The notes under the pieces were generated by a model, which was not told where the DNA came from, did no database searches, and worked only from the letters and a program-made list of their open reading frames with translations. A program made the translations under genes and the position numbers. A DNA stretch of 64,000 nucleotides. It comes from Aeromicrobium sp. (GTDB taxonomy: Bacteria > Actinomycetota > Actinomycetes > Propionibacteriales > Nocardioidaceae). Each line of letters begins with the position of its first letter. Within the stretch, counting starts at the first letter, position 1. Shown here one piece after another: positions 38,363 to 48,957 of this stretch. The DNA lies in the NCBI GenBank assembly GCA_035526415.1, contig DATLCL010000069.1, positions 2,461 through 66,460 on the forward strand. Reading direction: 5' to 3'.

Positions 38363-40219
38363 TCAGTTGGCGGGCAGCGTCGATCCCACCTGTTCGGCGT
38401 GCAGTCGGGCATAGAGTCCGCGCCCGTCGGCCAGCAGCTCATCATGCGTCCCCGACTCGACCAAGCGCCCATCATCGACGCCGAAGATGACGTCGGCCGA
38501 CCGGATGGTCGAGAGCCGGTGGGCGATGGCCAGCGTCGTCCTGTTCTGGGTCGCCCGCTCGATCGCCTCCTGCACGAGGCGCTCGGTCTCCGAGTCCAGG
38601 GCTGACGTCGCCTCGTCGAGGATGAGGATGCGCGGATTCATGAGCAGCACGCGAGCGATCGCCAGGCGCTGCTTCTCGCCACCGGACAGTCGGTAGCCTC
38701 GCTCACCCGTGATGGTGTCGTATCCCTCGGGGAACGACAGGATCCGGTCGTGGATGTTCGCGTCCCGTGCGGCGGCCTCGATCTCGGCTGGAGTCGCGTC
38801 TGGGCGCGCGTAGGCGATGTTGTCGCGAATCGTGCCGTGGAAGAGGTATGGCTCCTGGGTGACGATGCCGATGGTGCGCGCGATGGATGCCATCGTCAGG
38901 TCACGGACGTCCTGGCCGTCGATGAGGACCGCGCCTTCGGTGACGTCGAAGAACCGCGGCACGAGGTAGGTGATCGTCGTCTTCCCGGCGCCGGATGGTC
39001 CGACGATGGCCGCCAGCTGTCCGGGCTCGATGCGAAGTGAGACGTCCTGGAGAGCCCACGGCGACTGCGCTGCGTTGCTGGCCACATTCGAGCTGGGGTA
39101 GGTGAACCAGACGTTGCGCAGCTCGACCAACCCGACCGGATCGACGAGGTCGTGGGCGTCGGGCTTTTCCGTGATGGCCGGTGTGAGATCGAGGTACTCG
39201 AAGATCCGACGGAACAGGGCGACCGACGTCTGCACGTCCAGCGACACCCGCATGAGCTGCAGCAGCGGCATCTGCAGTCGGGCCTGGACGGTGGTGAAGG
39301 CGACGAGCGTGCCGGTGGTCAGGTCGGCGCCACCGGGGACGCGGCCGGTGAGCATGAGGCCGGCGGCGAGATAGAGCAGTGCGGGGGTGATCGCGAAGAA
39401 CGTCTGGACGATGGCGAAGAACGCCCGCCCGGTCATCGCCTGGTGTACCTGCAGCCGCATCTGCTCCCGGTTGGCCTCGCGGTAGCGCTCGACTTCGGCT
39501 TCGCCTCGGCCGAAGACCTTGGACAGAAGGATGCCGGAGACACTCAGTGCCTCCTGCGTGATGGCCGTCATCTCCGACAGCGACTCCTGTGTCTCCTTGG
39601 CCAGCCGTTGCCGGCGGCGCCCGACCCGCAGCTGGATGACGACGAACAGCGGCATCAGGATCAGGGTCAGGATCGTCAGCGGCCACGACAGCACCACCAT
39701 CGAGATGAGCGCCGCTGTGACGGTGACCGATGTTGACAGGATCGACGTCGCGGTATCGGTCAGCACGGTGCGGACCGCCGCTACGTCGTTGGCGAGTCGG
39801 GACTGGATGTGGCCGGTCTTCGTGGCGGTGAAGAAGGCCAGCTCCATCGTCTGTAGGTGCGCGAACAGCCGAGTGCGGAGATCGGCCATGGCCGAGTTGC
39901 CGACGGTGGCGGTGAGCCAGTTCTGCCCGATGCCGATGAGCGCGGCGAACACCGGAATGACGCACATCGCGGCCACCAGCCACGCGAGGACGTCCAGTTG
40001 CGGCTGGCCAGCGGGCGGAAAGAGTGCGTCGTCGAATACGGCCCTGGTGAGGAACGGCATCAGTGACGTGAGGCCGGCCGCGGTCACGACCGCGATCATG
40101 ACCAGCACGATCTTGCCCCGATACGGCTGGAGCAGGTGTCCAACGCGGCGCAGCACGGGGCCGGCGTCTCCGACGTAGTCGTCCGCCGACAGGTGGTGCG
40201 CGCGGATGCCGGGGTTCAT
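38363..40219 (-). CDS. ABC exporter, fused TMD-NBD
   Basis: GPSGAGKTT, LSGGEKQR, ILDEATSALD; N-terminal TMD. Confidence 0.95.
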   Translation of the reverse strand: MNPGIRAHHLSADDYVGDAGPVLRRVGHLLQPYRGKIVLVMIAVVTAAGLTSLMPFLTRAVFDDALFPPAGQPQLDVLAWLVAAMCVIPVFAALIGIGQNWLTATVGNSAMADLRTRLFAHLQTMELAFFTATKTGHIQSRLANDVAAVRTVLTDTATSILSTSVTVTAALISMVVLSWPLTILTLILMPLFVVIQLRVGRRRQRLAKETQESLSEMTAITQEALSVSGILLSKVFGRGEAEVERYREANREQMRLQVHQAMTGRAFFAIVQTFFAITPALLYLAAGLMLTGRVPGGADLTTGTLVAFTTVQARLQMPLLQLMRVSLDVQTSVALFRRIFEYLDLTPAITEKPDAHDLVDPVGLVELRNVWFTYPSSNVASNAAQSPWALQDVSLRIEPGQLAAIVGPSGAGKTTITYLVPRFFDVTEGAVLIDGQDVRDLTMASIARTIGIVTQEPYLFHGTIRDNIAYARPDATPAEIEAAARDANIHDRILSFPEGYDTITGERGYRLSGGEKQRLAIARVLLMNPRILILDEATSALDSETERLVQEAIERATQNRTTLAIAHRLSTIRSADVIFGVDDGRLVESGTHDELLADGRGLYARLHAEQVGSTLPAN

Positions 40220-40241
40220 CCTGCGAGTCTAGATTCGGTCG

Positions 40242-42359
40242 CTAAACGGTCCGCCCGAACTTGCGGAGCCGGAGCGAGTTGGTGACGACGAAAACCGAGC
40301 TGAACGCCATCGTGAGGCCGGCGATCATCGGGTTGAGCAGTCCGAAGGCAGCGGCCGGGATAGCCGCCACGTTGTACGCGAATGCCCAGAACAGGTTGCC
40401 CTTGATCGTGCGGAGTGTCGCGCGGGCCAGTCGGATCGCGTCAACCGCCGAGGCCAGGTCGCCATGGACGAGGGTGAGGTCCGACGACGCCATCGCGACA
40501 TCGGTACCGGTGCCCATCGCGATGCCGAGGTCGGCGGCCGCGAGCGCTGCGGCGTCGTTGACGCCGTCACCGACCATGCCCACAGCCCTTCCCTCGCGTT
40601 GGAGGCGCCGGATCGTGTCGAGCTTGTCTTGTGGCGTGACTTCGGCGAACGACTGCGTGATGCCGACCTCGGCCGCGACCTCATCAGCGACGGATCTGCG
40701 ATCGCCGGTGAGCAGGATCGGTTCGAGCCCCAGCTTGCGCAGGTCCGCGATCGCCTGCTTGGACGTCGGCTTGACCGAGTCAGCGACGGAAATCGATCCG
40801 CGAACCGCCCCGTCCCACTCGACGGTGATGGAAGAACCTGGCACGAAGCGGCCGATACGCGCATCGTGGCCCCGGACTCGTCCACTCACGCCGAGCCCCG
40901 GGTGGTTCTGGAAGTCAGAGACCGGCTCGGGCCTGGCCAGGGTGGCGATCGCGCGTGCGACGGGGTGTTCGGACGCGTGCTCCAGGGAGGCCGCGACTGC
41001 CTTCAGCTCATCGGCATCGACACCGGGCGCCGGATCCACCGACGTGACCGTCATGTGCCCCGTCGTGACCGTGCCGGTCTTGTCGAGCACGATCGTGTCG
41101 ATCGCCCGGGTCGACTCCAGCACGTGGGGCCCCTTGATCAGGATGCCGAGGACGGCGCCGCGGCCTGTCCCCACCATCAGCGCGGTCGGCGTTGCGAGGC
41201 CCAGCGCACACGGGCACGCGATGATGAGCACCGCCACCGCAGTCGTGAATGCGCGGTCGACTCCTCCTGGTTCGCCGTCGGTCACCAGCAGCCATGCGAC
41301 GAACGTGAGGGTGGCCAGCACGATGACGGCCGGCACGAACCAGGCCGAGATCCGGTCGGCCAAGCGCTGGACTTCGGCCTTTCCCTCCTGCGCTTCCTCG
41401 ACCAGCCGCACCATCTGGGCAAGTGCGGTGTCCGCGCCCACGGCGGTGGCCCGGACGACCAGACGGCCAGATGTGTTGAGCGTCGCTCCGGTCACCTCGT
41501 CTCCGGACTCAACCGTCACCGGTATGGACTCGCCGGTCAGCATCGACTCGTCGACCGCCGACGCACCCTCGACCACGATGCCGTCGGTGGCGATCTTCTC
41601 GCCCGGTCGCACGATGAACTCGTCCCCTGCGTGGAGGTCGTCCAGGGGGACCCGAACTTCCTTGCCCTCGCGGCGCACGGTGACTTCCTTGGCGCCGAGG
41701 TCTGCCAGCGCTCGCAGCGCAGCGCTGGCTTGCTTCTTCGCGTTCGCCTCCAGGAAGTGGCCGGCGAGGATGAAGGTGGTGACGACGGTCGCGACCTCGA
41801 AGTACACGTCGTGCTGCGCATGCGCCCAGCCGAGCCGGAGCAGCTGCACCGTCGACCAGACGTAGGCGGCCCCGACGCCGATGCTGACCAGGGTGTCCAT
41901 CGTGGCCGCACCATGGCGAGCGTTGATGACTGCGGACCAGTGGAACGGGTAGGCCGCCCACAGCACGACGGGGGTTGCGAGGGTGAACGCGACCCACGGC
42001 CAACCGGCGAACTGCAGCCCGGGGATCATCGAGATCGCAACCGTCAGGGCAGCCAACGGAGTGGCAACGATGAGCCGTCGCTTCATAGAGCCCGCTGAGT
42101 GTAGGCCGCCACGGTGCCCGTGCTCTGCGCCCGCGCCGGGCGCATGCTCGGATCGAACGCTCGCGCTGTAGCCGGTGTTGGCCACCGTGTCGAGCAGAAC
42201 TTGCGGGTCGAGCCCCACGGGTGCTTCGACGACCGCGCGCTCGGTGGCGTAGTTGACGGACGCGCTGACCCCGTCGAGCTTGTTGAGCTTCTTCTCGATC
42301 CGGGCCGCACAGGCTGTGCAGGACATCCCCTGGACGTCCAGCCGGATGGTGTCGGTCAT
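40242..42359 (-). CDS. copA: Cu(I)-translocating P1B-type ATPase
   Basis: GMSCTAC metal-binding domain, [26 protein letters not shown] and MAFSS motifs. Confidence 0.93.
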   Translation of the reverse strand: MTDTIRLDVQGMSCTACAARIEKKLNKLDGVSASVNYATERAVVEAPVGLDPQVLLDTVANTGYSASVRSEHAPGAGAEHGHRGGLHSAGSMKRRLIVATPLAALTVAISMIPGLQFAGWPWVAFTLATPVVLWAAYPFHWSAVINARHGAATMDTLVSIGVGAAYVWSTVQLLRLGWAHAQHDVYFEVATVVTTFILAGHFLEANAKKQASAALRALADLGAKEVTVRREGKEVRVPLDDLHAGDEFIVRPGEKIATDGIVVEGASAVDESMLTGESIPVTVESGDEVTGATLNTSGRLVVRATAVGADTALAQMVRLVEEAQEGKAEVQRLADRISAWFVPAVIVLATLTFVAWLLVTDGEPGGVDRAFTTAVAVLIIACPCALGLATPTALMVGTGRGAVLGILIKGPHVLESTRAIDTIVLDKTGTVTTGHMTVTSVDPAPGVDADELKAVAASLEHASEHPVARAIATLARPEPVSDFQNHPGLGVSGRVRGHDARIGRFVPGSSITVEWDGAVRGSISVADSVKPTSKQAIADLRKLGLEPILLTGDRRSVADEVAAEVGITQSFAEVTPQDKLDTIRRLQREGRAVGMVGDGVNDAAALAAADLGIAMGTGTDVAMASSDLTLVHGDLASAVDAIRLARATLRTIKGNLFWAFAYNVAAIPAAAFGLLNPMIAGLTMAFSSVFVVTNSLRLRKFGRTV

Positions 42360-42366
42360 GGCGAGG

Positions 42367-42603
42367 TCACGCCAGTGGGAGGTCGCGGGATGACGCCAGT
42401 GAGTAGCCCGCTTCGTCAACAGCCGCGTCGACGACGTCTCGAGCCAGCGGCTCGTCGCTGGTCACGGTGACGTGCGACGTGCCGCCGGGCGTCAGGTCAA
42501 CGGTGACATCGGTGACGCCGTCGACAGCCCGAAGCTCGGTCTCGACGGCGGCGACACAGTGCCCGCAGGTCATGCCGGTGACGTTGTAGGTCTCGGTGGT
42601 CAT
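42367..42603 (-). CDS. copZ: Copper chaperone CopZ
   Basis: [16 protein letters not shown]...AVDEAGY (3' end of the long track ORF). Confidence 0.92.
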   Translation of the reverse strand: MTTETYNVTGMTCGHCVAAVETELRAVDGVTDVTVDLTPGGTSHVTVTSDEPLARDVVDAAVDEAGYSLASSRDLPLA

Positions 42604-42614
42604 TTCAGTTCTCC

Positions 42615-42908
42615 TCATGAGCGCACTAGGCGCGCGATGGCGTCGGTGGCTTCCTTGACTTTCAGGTCTGCGTCCGGCCCGCCGGCGCGGGCGGCATCGA
42701 CGACGCAGTGAGCCAGGTGGTCCTCCAGCAGTTTGAGCGCGACGGCCTCGAGTGCCTTCGTCGTCGCGCTGACCTGGGTGAGGACGTCGATGCAGTACGT
42801 GTCGTCGTCGACCATCCGGGCTATGCCGCGTACCTGGCCTTCGATGCGGGCGAGCCGCTTGCGGACGGCTTCTTTGTCGTAGCCGTGTGTTCCGTGCTCG
42901 TGCTCCAT
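42615..42908 (-). CDS. csoR: Copper-sensing repressor CsoR
   Basis: RLARIEGQVRGI, YCIDVLTQ, HLAHC (C-H-C ligands). Confidence 0.93.
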   Translation of the reverse strand: MEHEHGTHGYDKEAVRKRLARIEGQVRGIARMVDDDTYCIDVLTQVSATTKALEAVALKLLEDHLAHCVVDAARAGGPDADLKVKEATDAIARLVRS

Positions 42909-42929
42909 GTCGACCTCCGGTGGTCACCT

Positions 42930-42944
42930 TACCCCGAGGGGGTA
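42930..42944. promoter_or_regulatory. CsoR operator
   Basis: TACCCC-GAG-GGGGTA palindrome upstream of csoR. Confidence 0.88.
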
Positions 42945-42996
42945 TTCGATCCAACCTTCGGCCGGGTGGATTTTGTTCCTCTCCTAGGCTCGCCGC

Positions 42997-43434
42997 ATGA
43001 CTGACACCGCCAGTACTGCGCCCGGCCTCAACGGACTTCTCGGTCTGGATGACTTTGAGATCAGCCCCGACCATGCGGGGGTTGTCTGGACGATCGGCCC
43101 GGATCACCTGCAGCCGCATGGCATTCCGCATGGCGGCGTCTACTGTGCTGCGCACGAAGCGGTGGCAAGTGTCGCGGGCGTGGCCTGGGTCAACCGTGAT
43201 GCGGCCGACGGTGACTTGCTGGGCGTCGCGGTCGGCATGAACAACTCGACGGACTTCCTGCGTCAAGCCAAGGTGGGCGACACGATCACGACGAGCGCGA
43301 CGCCGATTCATCGCGGCCGGACGCAACAGCTCTGGCGGGTGGAGTCCATCGACCAGAACGGAAAGCTGATCGCGCAGGGTCAGGTGCGGCTGGCGAATTT
43401 GCCTCCCCCAGTGACACAGCCGGAAAATCGGTAG
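42997..43434 (+). CDS. PaaI family thioesterase
   Basis: HLQPHGIPHGGVY, NNSTDFLR, HRGRTQQLW. Confidence 0.9.
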   Translation: MTDTASTAPGLNGLLGLDDFEISPDHAGVVWTIGPDHLQPHGIPHGGVYCAAHEAVASVAGVAWVNRDAADGDLLGVAVGMNNSTDFLRQAKVGDTITTSATPIHRGRTQQLWRVESIDQNGKLIAQGQVRLANLPPPVTQPENR

Positions 43435-43579
43435 AATCGACCCGTCGGACGCGACTGGCGTTGAGGTGGGTGACCACCGGGAAGGTCCGACTCCACAGAG
43501 CACGTGCGGAACCGTTCGCCTGGGTTCCTCTCGCTTACGAGAGGAGACTGGCGTGACCACGATGTCGATCATGGGGACC

Positions 43580-44824
43580 ATGACTGCTGAGCCGCCCTAC
43601 GCCACCGACCGTCTCGAGGACGGCGACGTCAAGGTGCTGCTGCTCGAGAACATCCACACCGTCGGCGTCGACTTCCTGCGCAGCAAGGGCTTCCAGGTCG
43701 AGACGCGCGACGGTGCGCTCAGCGAGGACGAGTTGATCGAGGCCATCCAGGGCGTCCACCTGCTGGGGATCCGGTCAACGACGTACATCACCGACAAGGT
43801 GCTCGCCGCTGCCCCAGACCTTTTGGCCATCGGCGCGTTCTGCATCGGCACCAACCAGATCGATCTCGCCGCGGCAACCAAGCGCGGTGTGGCAGTCTTC
43901 AATGCGCCGTACTCCAACACCCGTTCGGTCGTGGAACTCGCGATCGCGGAGATCATTTCGCTGGCTCGGCGCCTGCATGAGAAGTCGACCGACATGCACG
44001 CCGGCATCTGGAACAAGTCGGCAGCCGGCAGCCACGAGGTCCGGGGCCGCACCCTCGGCATCGTCGGTTACGGCAACATCGGCAGCCAGCTCTCGGTGAT
44101 CGCCGAGGCGCTCGGCCTAAGCGTGATCTTCTACGACCTCGACGACAAGCTGGCGATGGGCAACGCCCGCAAGTGCGCCACGCTGGAGGAGCTCCTGGCC
44201 GAAGCGGACGTTGTCTCCCTGCACGTCGACGGACGACCAGGCAATGCCGGGATTTTCGGCGATGAGCAGCTGAGTCGGATGAAGCCGCGCTCGCTGTTCA
44301 TGAACCTGTCTCGCGGCATCACCACCGATACCGCGGCCTTGCGCCGGCACATCGAGTCGGGTCATATCGCCGGTGCCGCAGTCGACGTTTTCCCGATCGA
44401 GCCGAAGCGACAGGGTGACCCGTTCGAGTCCGACCTGCGCGGCCTGAAGAACGTCATCCTCACCCCGCATGTCGGCGGCTCGACCGAAGAGGCGCAGCAG
44501 GACATCGGACGCTTTGTCGCCTCCAAGCTGCGCGCGTTCGTCGCTTTCGGAAATACGTCGCTGAGCGTGAATCTGCCGGAGATCACGATGTCGGCCGATC
44601 CACAGAGGCACCGGCTGACGCATCTGCACGCCAACGCGCCGGGCGTTCTGGCGTCGATCAACGGGATCCTCGGTGATCATGGCGTCAACATCGAAGCGCA
44701 GTCGCTGGCCACCAAGGGACAGCTCGGCTACGTGATCACCGACATCTCAGCCGAGCTGGGCGAGGACGTGTTGGGCGAACTCGCCACCCTGCCTGAGTCA
44801 GTGCGCCTACGCCAGATCAGTTAG
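43580..44824 (+). CDS. serA: D-3-phosphoglycerate dehydrogenase (E. coli-type, with ACT domain)
   Basis: VLLLENIH, FCIGTNQ, NAPYSNTRSV, GYGNIG, TPHVGGSTEEAQ; start 43571 or 43580. Confidence 0.94.
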   Translation: MTAEPPYATDRLEDGDVKVLLLENIHTVGVDFLRSKGFQVETRDGALSEDELIEAIQGVHLLGIRSTTYITDKVLAAAPDLLAIGAFCIGTNQIDLAAATKRGVAVFNAPYSNTRSVVELAIAEIISLARRLHEKSTDMHAGIWNKSAAGSHEVRGRTLGIVGYGNIGSQLSVIAEALGLSVIFYDLDDKLAMGNARKCATLEELLAEADVVSLHVDGRPGNAGIFGDEQLSRMKPRSLFMNLSRGITTDTAALRRHIESGHIAGAAVDVFPIEPKRQGDPFESDLRGLKNVILTPHVGGSTEEAQQDIGRFVASKLRAFVAFGNTSLSVNLPEITMSADPQRHRLTHLHANAPGVLASINGILGDHGVNIEAQSLATKGQLGYVITDISAELGEDVLGELATLPESVRLRQIS

Positions 44825-45242
44825 GGCGGCCGACCGCCCCACGGATCGCGTCGATCAACACCGGGACGACGAAGAGCGCCGCCACGCCGACATGGAAGAT
44901 CGCATCGGCCCGCTGGTCCGGGAACGAGAGAATCGCGAGCGGGTTCTGATCGAGGAGGCCCCAGGCAGCCGTGACCAGGAGTGTGAGAACGACCGCCAAG
45001 GAGTAGACCCGCGCCAGGTCGGCTCGACGCCAGACGAACAAGCCCGGGACGAACAGCGCGAAGCCGGCGACCGCATGCCAGCCGTTGTAGTCGACCCACA
45101 GGAATTTGACCGTGTGCGCGTTGGCGCCGATGCCGAAGTCGGGATTGATCGCCAGAGCGACGATGTCGTGGATGAGTATGACGACACACAAGACCAAGAC
45201 ACTGACTCGAACCACGCGAGCGTCATCCACGTGCCCGAGCAT
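44817..45242 (-). CDS. DUF4383-like membrane protein
   Basis: Four TM helices; DYNGWHAV and ADAIFH motifs; start uncertain. Confidence 0.65.
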   Translation of the reverse strand: MLGHVDDARVVRVSVLVLCVVILIHDIVALAINPDFGIGANAHTVKFLWVDYNGWHAVAGFALFVPGLFVWRRADLARVYSLAVVLTLLVTAAWGLLDQNPLAILSFPDQRADAIFHVGVAALFVVPVLIDAIRGAVGRPN

Positions 45243-45273
45243 ATGCCCGAGCTGCTGATCCTGACCGGCGAAA

Positions 45274-45549
45274 TCAGGCCAACTTGCGACCTGCAACGCG
45301 GTTGTAGATCAGGAGGGCAATCACAGCGCCGAGGATCGACAGGAGCAGGCCACCGGCCTGGGGCGGCCACACCGCAACGTCCTTCTGGAAGAGGGCCCAA
45401 ACCGCTCCGCCCACGAACGAACCGACGATGCCGAGAAGGGCGGTGGCCAGCAGGCCCATCGCGTCTTTGCCCGGGACAAGCGCACGCGCGATCAGGCCAG
45501 CAAGGAAGCCGAGCACGAGTGTCAGCAGAATCGCCCAAAGGAGTTCCAT
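45274..45549 (-). CDS. GlsB/YeaQ/YmgE family stress-response membrane protein
   Basis: LAGLIARALVPGKD, LLGIVGSFVGG, SILGAVIAL. Confidence 0.9.
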   Translation of the reverse strand: MELLWAILLTLVLGFLAGLIARALVPGKDAMGLLATALLGIVGSFVGGAVWALFQKDVAVWPPQAGGLLLSILGAVIALLIYNRVAGRKLA

Positions 45550-45646
45550 AGGTGATTTTCCCCTCTTCATGGACTCCGCTGCGGAGCCCTGCCTGCACTG
45601 TAGGGGAGCAAGAGGACCATGGGCGTGGGCGCGAGGAAGCCAGTTC

Positions 45647-47686
45647 TCAGAGCCGGGCGGCCAGCTCCGTCGCCTGCTTGATGGCGCGCTTGGCGTCCAG
45701 TTCAGCCGCGACATCGGCGCCACCGATCACGTGGACTGGCTTGCCCAGCGCCTCCAACGGCGCCGCGAGATCACGCACCGACTCCTGCCCGGTGCACAGG
45801 ATGACGGTGTCGACCTCGAGCACGCGTGCCTCGGCCGTGTCGCCCGCGCCGATCGTGATGTGGAGGCCGGCGTCGTCGATGTGGTCGTAGGCGACGCCGT
45901 TGAGGAACTCCACTCCCGAGTCTTTCAGCGTCGTGCGATGCACCCAGCCCGACGTCTTGGCAAGGCCCTTGCCCAGTTCCGACGTCTTGCGCTGCAGAAG
46001 GTGGACGGTCCGCCGCGGCGGGGCCTTCACCTTGGTCGCCAAGCCACCGCGCTCAAGCGCCGGGTCGGTGACGCCCCAGCGCTCCATCCAGTGCTCCACG
46101 CTCTCGTCGAGATCGTGCAGCAGGAACTCGCTGACATCGAACCCGATGCCGCCGGCGCCCATCACGGCCACCCGCTCGCCGATGGGTGCGCCATTGATGG
46201 CCTGCTGGTAGGTGACGACTTTGGGGTGGTCGACGCCGGGCAGCGAAGGGATGCGAGGCACGACGCCGGTGGCGACGACGATCTCGTCGAAGTCCGCGAG
46301 GTCGTCCACAGAAGCCCGCGAGCCGAGGCGAAGCTTCACGCCACGGACATCGATCATGCGCTCGTAATACCGGATGGTGTGGAGGAACTCCTCCTTGCCG
46401 GGAATCTTCGCTGCCAGCTTGAACTGGCCGCCGATCTCGTTGGCCGCCTCGAACAGCTCGACGCTGTGCCCGCGGCCGGCCAGTTCGACCGCAGCGGCGA
46501 GCCCGGCCGGACCGGCGCCGACGACGGCGATCTTCTTTGCCCGCTTGGTCGGCAGCAGGATGAGCTCGGTTTCGTGCGCGGACCGCGGGTTAAGCATGCA
46601 GGTCGCGCGCTTGTTCTTGAACGTGTGGTCCAGGCACGCCTGGTTGCACGCGATGCACGTGATGATCTCGTCGGCTCGGTCCTCGGCCGCCTTCTTCACC
46701 CATTCGGCGTCGGCCAGCAGCGGACGGGCCATGGAGATGAGGTCGGCTTCGCCGGACGCGAGAATCTGCTCGGCCACCTCGGGCCGGTTGATCCGGTTGG
46801 AGGCGACGACCGGCACGGCGGTCCCGTTCTCACGGAGTGCCGTGCGGAGCTTGGCTGTCGTCCACGCGAACGCGGCGCGCGGGACGGAGGTCACGATCGT
46901 CGGGATGCGCGCTTCATGCCAGCCGATGCCAGTGTTCAGGATGTCGACGCCCTCAGCTTGCAGCTTGAGCGCCAGGTCCACGGTTTCGTCCCAGGACTGG
47001 CCGTTGTCGACCAGGTCGAGCAGGCTCATTCGGTACTGGACGATGAAGTCGTCGCCGACGAGTTCGCGGGTGCGCCTGACGATCTCGATCGGGAACCGCA
47101 TCCGCTTCTCCGCCGAGCCGCCCCACGCGTCGGTGCGGTTGTTCGTACGGGCCGTGATCATCTGGTTGATCAGGTAGCCCTCGGAACCCATGATCTCGAC
47201 GCCGTCGTACCCCGCCCGCTTCGCGAGCGCCGCGGCCTTGGCGAAATCGGTGGCCGTCTGGTCGACTTCCTTGGTCGACATGGCCCGCGGCCGGAACGGC
47301 GTGATGGGCGACTTCTTGCTCGAGGCGCTGACGCTGAACGGGTGATACGCATACCGTCCGGCGTGCAGGACCTGCAGCAGGATCTTGGCCTCTCCGTCGC
47401 CGGCACCATGGACGGCGTCGGTGACGATCCGATGCTTCTTGGCGTGGCCGTCGTTCGTCATCATCGAGCCGAGCGGAAGGAGCCAGCCGCGCCAGTTGGG
47501 CGCGTAGCCGCCGGTCACGATGAGGCCGACGTCGCCCTCGGCCCGCTCGGCGAAGTACGCCGCCAGCTTGGGCAGGTCCTTGGCCCGGTCCTCGAGCTTG
47601 GTGTGCATCGAACCCATGACGACGCGGTTCTTCAGCGTCGTGTGCCCGAGGTCGAGCGGGCTGAGCAGGTGCTGGTAGTCGGTCAT
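45647..47686 (-). CDS. fadH: 2,4-dienoyl-CoA reductase (NADPH) FadH
   Basis: NRVVMGSMHT, EIMGSEGYLINQ, GIGWHEARIPTI, CIACNQACLD, ELDAKRAI. Confidence 0.95.
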   Translation of the reverse strand: MTDYQHLLSPLDLGHTTLKNRVVMGSMHTKLEDRAKDLPKLAAYFAERAEGDVGLIVTGGYAPNWRGWLLPLGSMMTNDGHAKKHRIVTDAVHGAGDGEAKILLQVLHAGRYAYHPFSVSASSKKSPITPFRPRAMSTKEVDQTATDFAKAAALAKRAGYDGVEIMGSEGYLINQMITARTNNRTDAWGGSAEKRMRFPIEIVRRTRELVGDDFIVQYRMSLLDLVDNGQSWDETVDLALKLQAEGVDILNTGIGWHEARIPTIVTSVPRAAFAWTTAKLRTALRENGTAVPVVASNRINRPEVAEQILASGEADLISMARPLLADAEWVKKAAEDRADEIITCIACNQACLDHTFKNKRATCMLNPRSAHETELILLPTKRAKKIAVVGAGPAGLAAAVELAGRGHSVELFEAANEIGGQFKLAAKIPGKEEFLHTIRYYERMIDVRGVKLRLGSRASVDDLADFDEIVVATGVVPRIPSLPGVDHPKVVTYQQAINGAPIGERVAVMGAGGIGFDVSEFLLHDLDESVEHWMERWGVTDPALERGGLATKVKAPPRRTVHLLQRKTSELGKGLAKTSGWVHRTTLKDSGVEFLNGVAYDHIDDAGLHITIGAGDTAEARVLEVDTVILCTGQESVRDLAAPLEALGKPVHVIGGADVAAELDAKRAIKQATELAARL

Positions 47687-48087
47687 GAGTTGGCTGCCTC
47701 CATCGCGGCGATCGCCTCGGCTTGGATTTGTTCGAATTGGGCACCCATGGCATCGGCCAGGGCGTGGGCGGCCTTGAGCGGCCGGACCATGACGGTGAGC
47801 TCGCTGATCAGGCCATCGTCGTTGACCGTGATGAAGTCGCATCCGTTCACGGTGATGTCGCCGACCTTCGCCTCGAAGACGAGAGCGCTGTGGGGCTCGT
47901 CGTTGATCTCGCGGAGATAGTGGAAGTCGGTGAACACTCGGCTGACGCCGCGAAGGATCGCGGCCGTGATGGCTTTGCCGGGGTAGGGCTTGAACGCGAC
48001 GGGGCTGGTGAAAACGACGTCGTCGGCCAGGAGTTTGTCGACAGCATTGAAGTCCCAGCTCTCAATTGCCTCGCGGAATGCCTTCAT
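47683..48087 (-). CDS. SnoaL/NTF2-like protein
   Basis: LLADDVVFTSPVAFKPYPGK, VMVRPL; ATGA-coupled to fadH. Confidence 0.88.
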   Translation of the reverse strand: MKAFREAIESWDFNAVDKLLADDVVFTSPVAFKPYPGKAITAAILRGVSRVFTDFHYLREINDEPHSALVFEAKVGDITVNGCDFITVNDDGLISELTVMVRPLKAAHALADAMGAQFEQIQAEAIAAMEAANS

Positions 48088-48110
48088 GCTGCGTCCTCCA
48101 TGATGGGGTG

Positions 48111-48362
48111 GTGATCACAAGGTTTCAGGGCCTGTTTCTGGTGGCCGCCGGCTTGTTCAACGTCGTCGTCTGGCCACGGTTTGCGCTGGCGATCAGCCGC
48201 GACGATCGCGCGTGGGCCGGCGAGCACTGGCACAGCCGGCCGACGTCGTTCTTCTGGGTGCACGCTGTCCTGATCGTGACGGCGACGATCTTCGCCCTTG
48301 GCATTCTGTGGATCGCGTACCGGGCGCATGTGACATCTCATCCGACGCCCCCCAGCGCGTGA
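48111..48362 (+). CDS. Small membrane protein (SCO4848-like)
   Basis: FNVVVWPRF...D.RAW...PTSFFWVHAVL; two TM helices. Confidence 0.75.
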   Translation: MITRFQGLFLVAAGLFNVVVWPRFALAISRDDRAWAGEHWHSRPTSFFWVHAVLIVTATIFALGILWIAYRAHVTSHPTPPSA

Positions 48363-48877
48363 AGGATCTCGTCACACCACTCGATACCGCCGCGTTCGAC
48401 CCGGATGCCGCCACGGAGAGCGAGCCAAGGCCCCACCTGGTCGTCGGCGAGGTTGCTCGGGTCCGGATAGAACTTGCGCTCGCTGGCCTCGTAGACGGCG
48501 AGGAGCTCTGCGTGCGCGGCGCGACGCTGCTCGACCTCGGCGCGGAACGTGTCTCGGTCGGCCAGGTGCAGTGCCCGGAGCTTGACGGCGAAATCGACGC
48601 GGGCCGCTTCCCGCCGGCTCGGCTTGGCGAGCCAGTCGCGTAGTTCGGCGCGGCCGTCCTCGGTGATGGCGTAGACCTTCTTGTCCGGCCGCCCATCCTG
48701 TGCGACGAGATCCGCCGAGACCAGCTTGTCGGACTCCATCCTGGCCAGCACCTTGTAGATCTGCTGGTGGCTGGCCGGCCAGAAGTGGCCGATGGACGCG
48801 TCGAACCGGCGGGCCAGGTCGTAGCCGCTTGCGGAGCGCTCCGCCAAGGAGACGAGGATCGCGTGTTCGAGCGCCAT
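48338..48877 (-). CDS. PadR-family regulator (fadH-associated)
   Basis: MALEHAILVSL, SGYDLARRFD.SIGHFW.ASHQQIY, GRPDKKVY. Confidence 0.92.
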   Translation of the reverse strand: MALEHAILVSLAERSASGYDLARRFDASIGHFWPASHQQIYKVLARMESDKLVSADLVAQDGRPDKKVYAITEDGRAELRDWLAKPSRREAARVDFAVKLRALHLADRDTFRAEVEQRRAAHAELLAVYEASERKFYPDPSNLADDQVGPWLALRGGIRVERGGIEWCDEILHALGGVG

Positions 48878-48890
48878 GGGCGAAACAGTA

Positions 48891-48924
48891 TATGCATCGA
48901 ATGGCATATGCAACTAGTTGCGTA
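48891..48924. promoter_or_regulatory. Tandem PadR operators
   Basis: TATGCAACTAGTTGCGTA (48907-24), plus a weaker overlapping TATGCATCGAATGGCATA (48891-908). Confidence 0.75.
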
Positions 48925-48957
48925 GGCTTCGAGAGCCTCAGCCACCGTGGGGTGAAG

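Noticed and set aside
42367-43581. 404-aa ORF ending in a CopZ domain
   Set aside because: Only the last 78 codons are CopZ. The rest overlaps csoR and paaI out of frame or antisense.
45428-47920. 830-aa plus-strand ORF and similar long shadow ORFs (10018-11541, 20327-21811, 35445-37505, 40261-41865, 54262-55803)
   Set aside because: These are antisense to well-supported genes, carry no motifs, and are expected from stop-codon scarcity in high-GC3 DNA.
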